The notes below the pieces were generated by a model. It saw only the letters and a program-made list of their open reading frames with translations, did no database searches and had not been told where the DNA came from. Source: the human T2T-CHM13v2.0 reference genome, Homo sapiens. Taken from it: 64,000 nt of DNA. The DNA lies in NCBI RefSeq assembly GCF_009914755.1, contig NC_060937.1; one strand, written 5' to 3'. This document shows, piece by piece, positions 51,590 through 64,000 of the stretch; the first letter of the stretch is position 1; every line of letters starts with the position of its first letter. Position numbers and translations under genes: made by a program.

Positions 51590-52126
51590 ATCACCCAGGG
51601 TATACTGCAGTAGTACAATCTCGGCTCACTGCAGCATCAACCTCCCAGGCTCAAGCAGTCCTTCCACCTCAGCCTCCGGAGTAGCTGGGACCACAGGCAC
51701 ATGACACCACACCTGGCTAAATTTTTTTGTATTTTTATAGAGATGGGATTTTTGCCATGTTACCCAGGCTGGTCTCAAAATCCTGGGCTCAAGTGATTCT
51801 CCTGCCTCAGCCTCCCAAAATTCTGGGATTAGAGGCATGAGCAACTGCACGTGGCCAAGTATTGTATTTTTAAAATGATTCTACCTGGGAGGTTAAGGCA
51901 GGAGGATCACTTGAGCCCAAACGTTTGAAGCTGCAGTGAACTTTAATTAAGCCACTGTGCTTCAGTCTGGGTGACACAGCAAGACCCTGTCTCTTAACAC
52001 AAAAACAAGTAAAGATTAGTTTGAGAAAATGAAAAAAGACAATTAAAACTCTGGACAGCAATAGCGCATTAAGTAAAAAGAGAGGTTTTTTTGGTTTGTT
52101 TTTTTGTTTGTTTGTTTGTTTTTTGA

Positions 52127-52330
<204 letters not shown>

Positions 52331-54057
52331 TGATCCGCCTGCCTTGGCCTCCCAAAGTGCTGAGATTGCAGGTATGAGCCACCGTGCCCAGCCAGGAGAG
52401 AGGTATTTTTAAGCTAGTCTTTGTATTACTCTGGCTGGGACAGAATATACATATTATCTTTGGACTAAATTGAATATGCATGTTAAAATGTTTACTGTGG
52501 TCAATAAGATATTAAAACTAAGAACATAGTTTATGACAACAAACTATGGAATGAGAAACAAAAGATTATCAAACCCTAAAAGAAGGCAAGAAAGAAAAAA
52601 ATCACATGCACACACAGTAAGATAACAAATAAGTTATAATTTATCAGTAATGACAAGAAAATGTAATAAACTAAATGCTCTACATAAAAAACTAAGATGG
52701 ACAGACTGGATAAAAAAGAAAATCCAAAATTATGCTGTTTATAAGAAATGCATATAAAACTCAAGGGCATGGAAAGGTTGAAAGCACAAAGATGGAAAAA
52801 GTCCTCATGCAATGGCTCATGCCTGTAATCCCAACACTTTGGGAGGCCAAGGCAGGAAGATCACATGAGGTCAGGAGCTCAAGACCAGCCTGGTTAATGA
52901 AGCAAGCCTTTGTCTCTACAAAACAATTTTTAAAATAACAATGAAAAAATAAAATAAGTTTACAAAAGTAGAAAAAAAATTCTAATCAAAATAAAGTTAA
53001 TGAAATTGATGTAGCTATCAGAGAAAAACAGAATTTAGGGCAAAATATTACTAAAAGATGCTGGGCCATCTCATAATTATAAAAGGTTTAACTACAATGG
53101 CATGCAATACAATTTATACGTACAAAACAAAACAGAACTACCAACAAATACACTAGAGTGGAAGATTAACATGTAACTCTCAGTAACTGTTAGCTTAGGA
53201 GACAGAAGTATCTAATGAATTTGATTTAATAGCATAAATACATTGCACCTTTAAGTGAATATCACATTCTTTTCAAACACATACTGAACAAAAACTGACA
53301 ACACACTAGACTGTAAGGCATATCCAAACAAATTTTAAATAACTGGTATGTATGTGACATATTACCTGACCAAGAGCAATTAAGTAAGAAATTGATTTAA
53401 CATAACAATAACAAAAACTAGAAAAATTCAAGGATGAAAAAAAATCATAATGGAAATCAGAAAATGTATAAGCCAGGCTGGGCGCGTGGCTCACACCTGT
53501 AATCCCAGCACTTTGGGAGGCTGAGGCGGGTGGATCACTTGAGGTTGAGAGTTCAAGACCAGCCTGGCCAATATGGTAAAACCCTGTCTCTACTAAAAAT
53601 ATAAAAAATTAGTTGTAGTGGTGACTCATGCCTGTAATCCCAGTTACTCGGGAGGCTGAGGCAGGAGAATCCCTTGAACCCAAGATGCGGTGGGTTCAAG
53701 ACTGCAGAGGTCACGCTACTGCACACCAGCCTGGGCAACAGAACAAGACTCTGTCTCAAAACAAAACAAAATAAAACTATAGTTTACAATAAACAAAAAA
53801 GCCAAAAGTTCTTTATTTGGAATAACTAATAAAATTGGAGAGGAAAAACACAAATATATAAACAAGCAAGAATTAAAAGAGAAAGCAACTACAGATGCCT
53901 TGGAAAATAAAAAGACATTAAAAGGATAGCAAACAGGGCTGGGCGTGTTAGCTCATGCCTGTAATCCCAGCACTTTGGGAGGCCAAGGCGGGCGTATCAC
54001 CTGAGGTCGGGAGTTCGAGACCAGCCTGACCAAAATGGAGAAACCCTGTCTCTACTA

Positions 54058-54213
<156 letters not shown>

Positions 54214-54671
54214 TCAAAAAAAAAATAAATAAATAAAAGGATAGCAAACAAATTTATTGTGATAAATACAGCAATTCCAATCCTATACAGATTTCTTCAA
54301 GAGACTACAAAACAGGAAACACTCCTTACGCCATTTTAAGAGCCTAGCATATCATCATAAATATGCCAATAGCAAAACCAGATGAGGACAGTGGAGGAAA
54401 AGAAATTTATACATCAATCCTACTCATGAACACAGAAGAAGAAATCTTAAGATACTTCACATAAGGGAGGTGATGGATATGTTAATTAACTTGACTTAAT
54501 CATTCCACGTTGTATATATATATTAAAACATTACAACATTACACTATACCCCACAAACGTATGCAATTATGTCAATTAAAAATATTAATAAAAAGATATT
54601 TCATAAACCAAATCCAACAATGGATGTTAAAAATAATAATGACGATAATAATATACACTGTGACCAAGTTA

Positions 54672-54836
<165 letters not shown>

Positions 54837-54839
54837 TCA

Positions 54840-55340
<501 letters not shown>

Positions 55341-55406
55341 CTAAAATAATAAGAAAATGAATGATGAAATGATATGGAAGAGAGAGGCAATAACTAAATA
55401 AATCAA

Positions 55407-62795
<7,389 letters not shown>

Positions 62796-62799
62796 TTAG

Positions 62800-64000
62800 T
62801 ATAAGCCTTCCATTTCCGTTTCTATGCATATACAAATATATACAGAACTTTTTCTAGAAAACAGAAATGGGATCATATATTCTATTCTGCAATTTTTCGT
62901 CTTATTTTGAGTATCTTTCCATGTTCATTCAGATCTTCCCATTTAAAAAAAAAGCTATCACATTTTAGATATACCATATTTTTTAAGAGTTCCATAAAAT
63001 TCCATTATAAAGAATACCAGTATATTAAATCAATTTGGTGTAACTGGACATTTACGTTGTTTCAATCTTCACTACAGCAAAGTACACTACAGTAAACATT
63101 CTTTGTGTATAAGCAAGTATTTCCATAAACTGAATAAATGGCCAGAAGTGAAATAGCTGGGGGTCAGCTATATATTGAAGGCTCTTGTATCGAAAACTTG
63201 TAGCATACTTCCCTATACCTTTACAATGTGAAATACCATTTTATTCTTAGTTCTGTTTCTAGACTATTCTAACTTTCTATTCTTTTCCTATGCCAATGCT
63301 ATGTTTCAATTACTTTAGCTTCTGAATACATTGTAATAGTTGCTACATCAAGTCCCCAAACCCTTCACAGACTTCCAGATATATTTTCTAATCAATTAAT
63401 TTTTCTCCCACCTCAGAAAAGGGTGAGGAGGAAAGAGAGATTTTGATTGACATTATATTCAATTTAGAGATGAATGAGGGAGAAATTGCCACCTTAACCG
63501 GATTGACCTTTCAGACCAAGGAGCATAGCCTTCATTTAATTCAGCTCTTTTATATTCTGCAAATAAGCTGTATCATGTTCTTCACAAAAATGGTGCATGT
63601 TTCTTATCAGTGCCCTATAATTTATTTCTACAGTTTTTCTTTCTAACAGAATGGGATCTTTTTTCCAATTTTAAGCTGATCACTGCTGATATAAAGGAAA
63701 TCTTGCAACCCATTTATTTTTCTTACATCTGGTCATCTTTCCAAAGAACTAATGGTTCCAACAGTCTTAGTTATTTTGCTTAAACTTTTTTTCCGAAATG
63801 TCATATCACCTGCAAATAATCATTTTTTGGCCTTTCTTTCCAATATCTGCACTTATTCCCATTTTTTGTATTACTGTATCAGTTAGACCCTCCAGAAGGT
63901 ATTAAATAACAGTTATATTAGGACTCCCGTTTTACTTCTGAGGATATCATCATTTAATACATGGTTTCAGATAACTATTTGTTATCATATTGAGAATTCC
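62800..64000 (-). mobile_element. Highly diverged L1 (L1ME-like) fragments
   Basis: T-rich reverse ORF2/3' motifs (tcatatcacctgcaaataat, ccctccagaaggtattaaataacagt). Confidence 0.65.

Overview
Human/great-ape genomic DNA, roughly half interspersed repeats, lying wholly inside XPO4 (exportin-4) on the minus strand. Five coding exons (by recall, exons 2-6, about residues 24-243) are at 35733-35838, 29856-29997, 22777-22915, 10913-11029 and 10038-10191, with phase-consistent junctions. Exon 1 lies beyond 64000 and exon 7 before position 1. Main observations: (1) exon 6 ends at a U12-type AT-AC donor (ATATCCTTT) opening a >10 kb minor intron, with cryptic U2 donors just downstream; (2) a ~364-bp intronic duplicate of the 3' half of exon 4 and its donor keeps the empty pre-Alu site; (3) several unannotated-looking cassette/microexon candidates have paired donors (one in-frame, one poison), including a 15-nt UGC-flanked microexon; (4) a gene-sense LTR12F in intron 1; (5) a piggyBac (Looper-like) transposase fossil split by five younger insertions. 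Almost all ORF-track entries are Alu/LTR artefacts. Repeat subfamilies and boundaries are by eye and approximate. No clearly new biological system is demonstrable from sequence alone; the splicing candidates are hypotheses.
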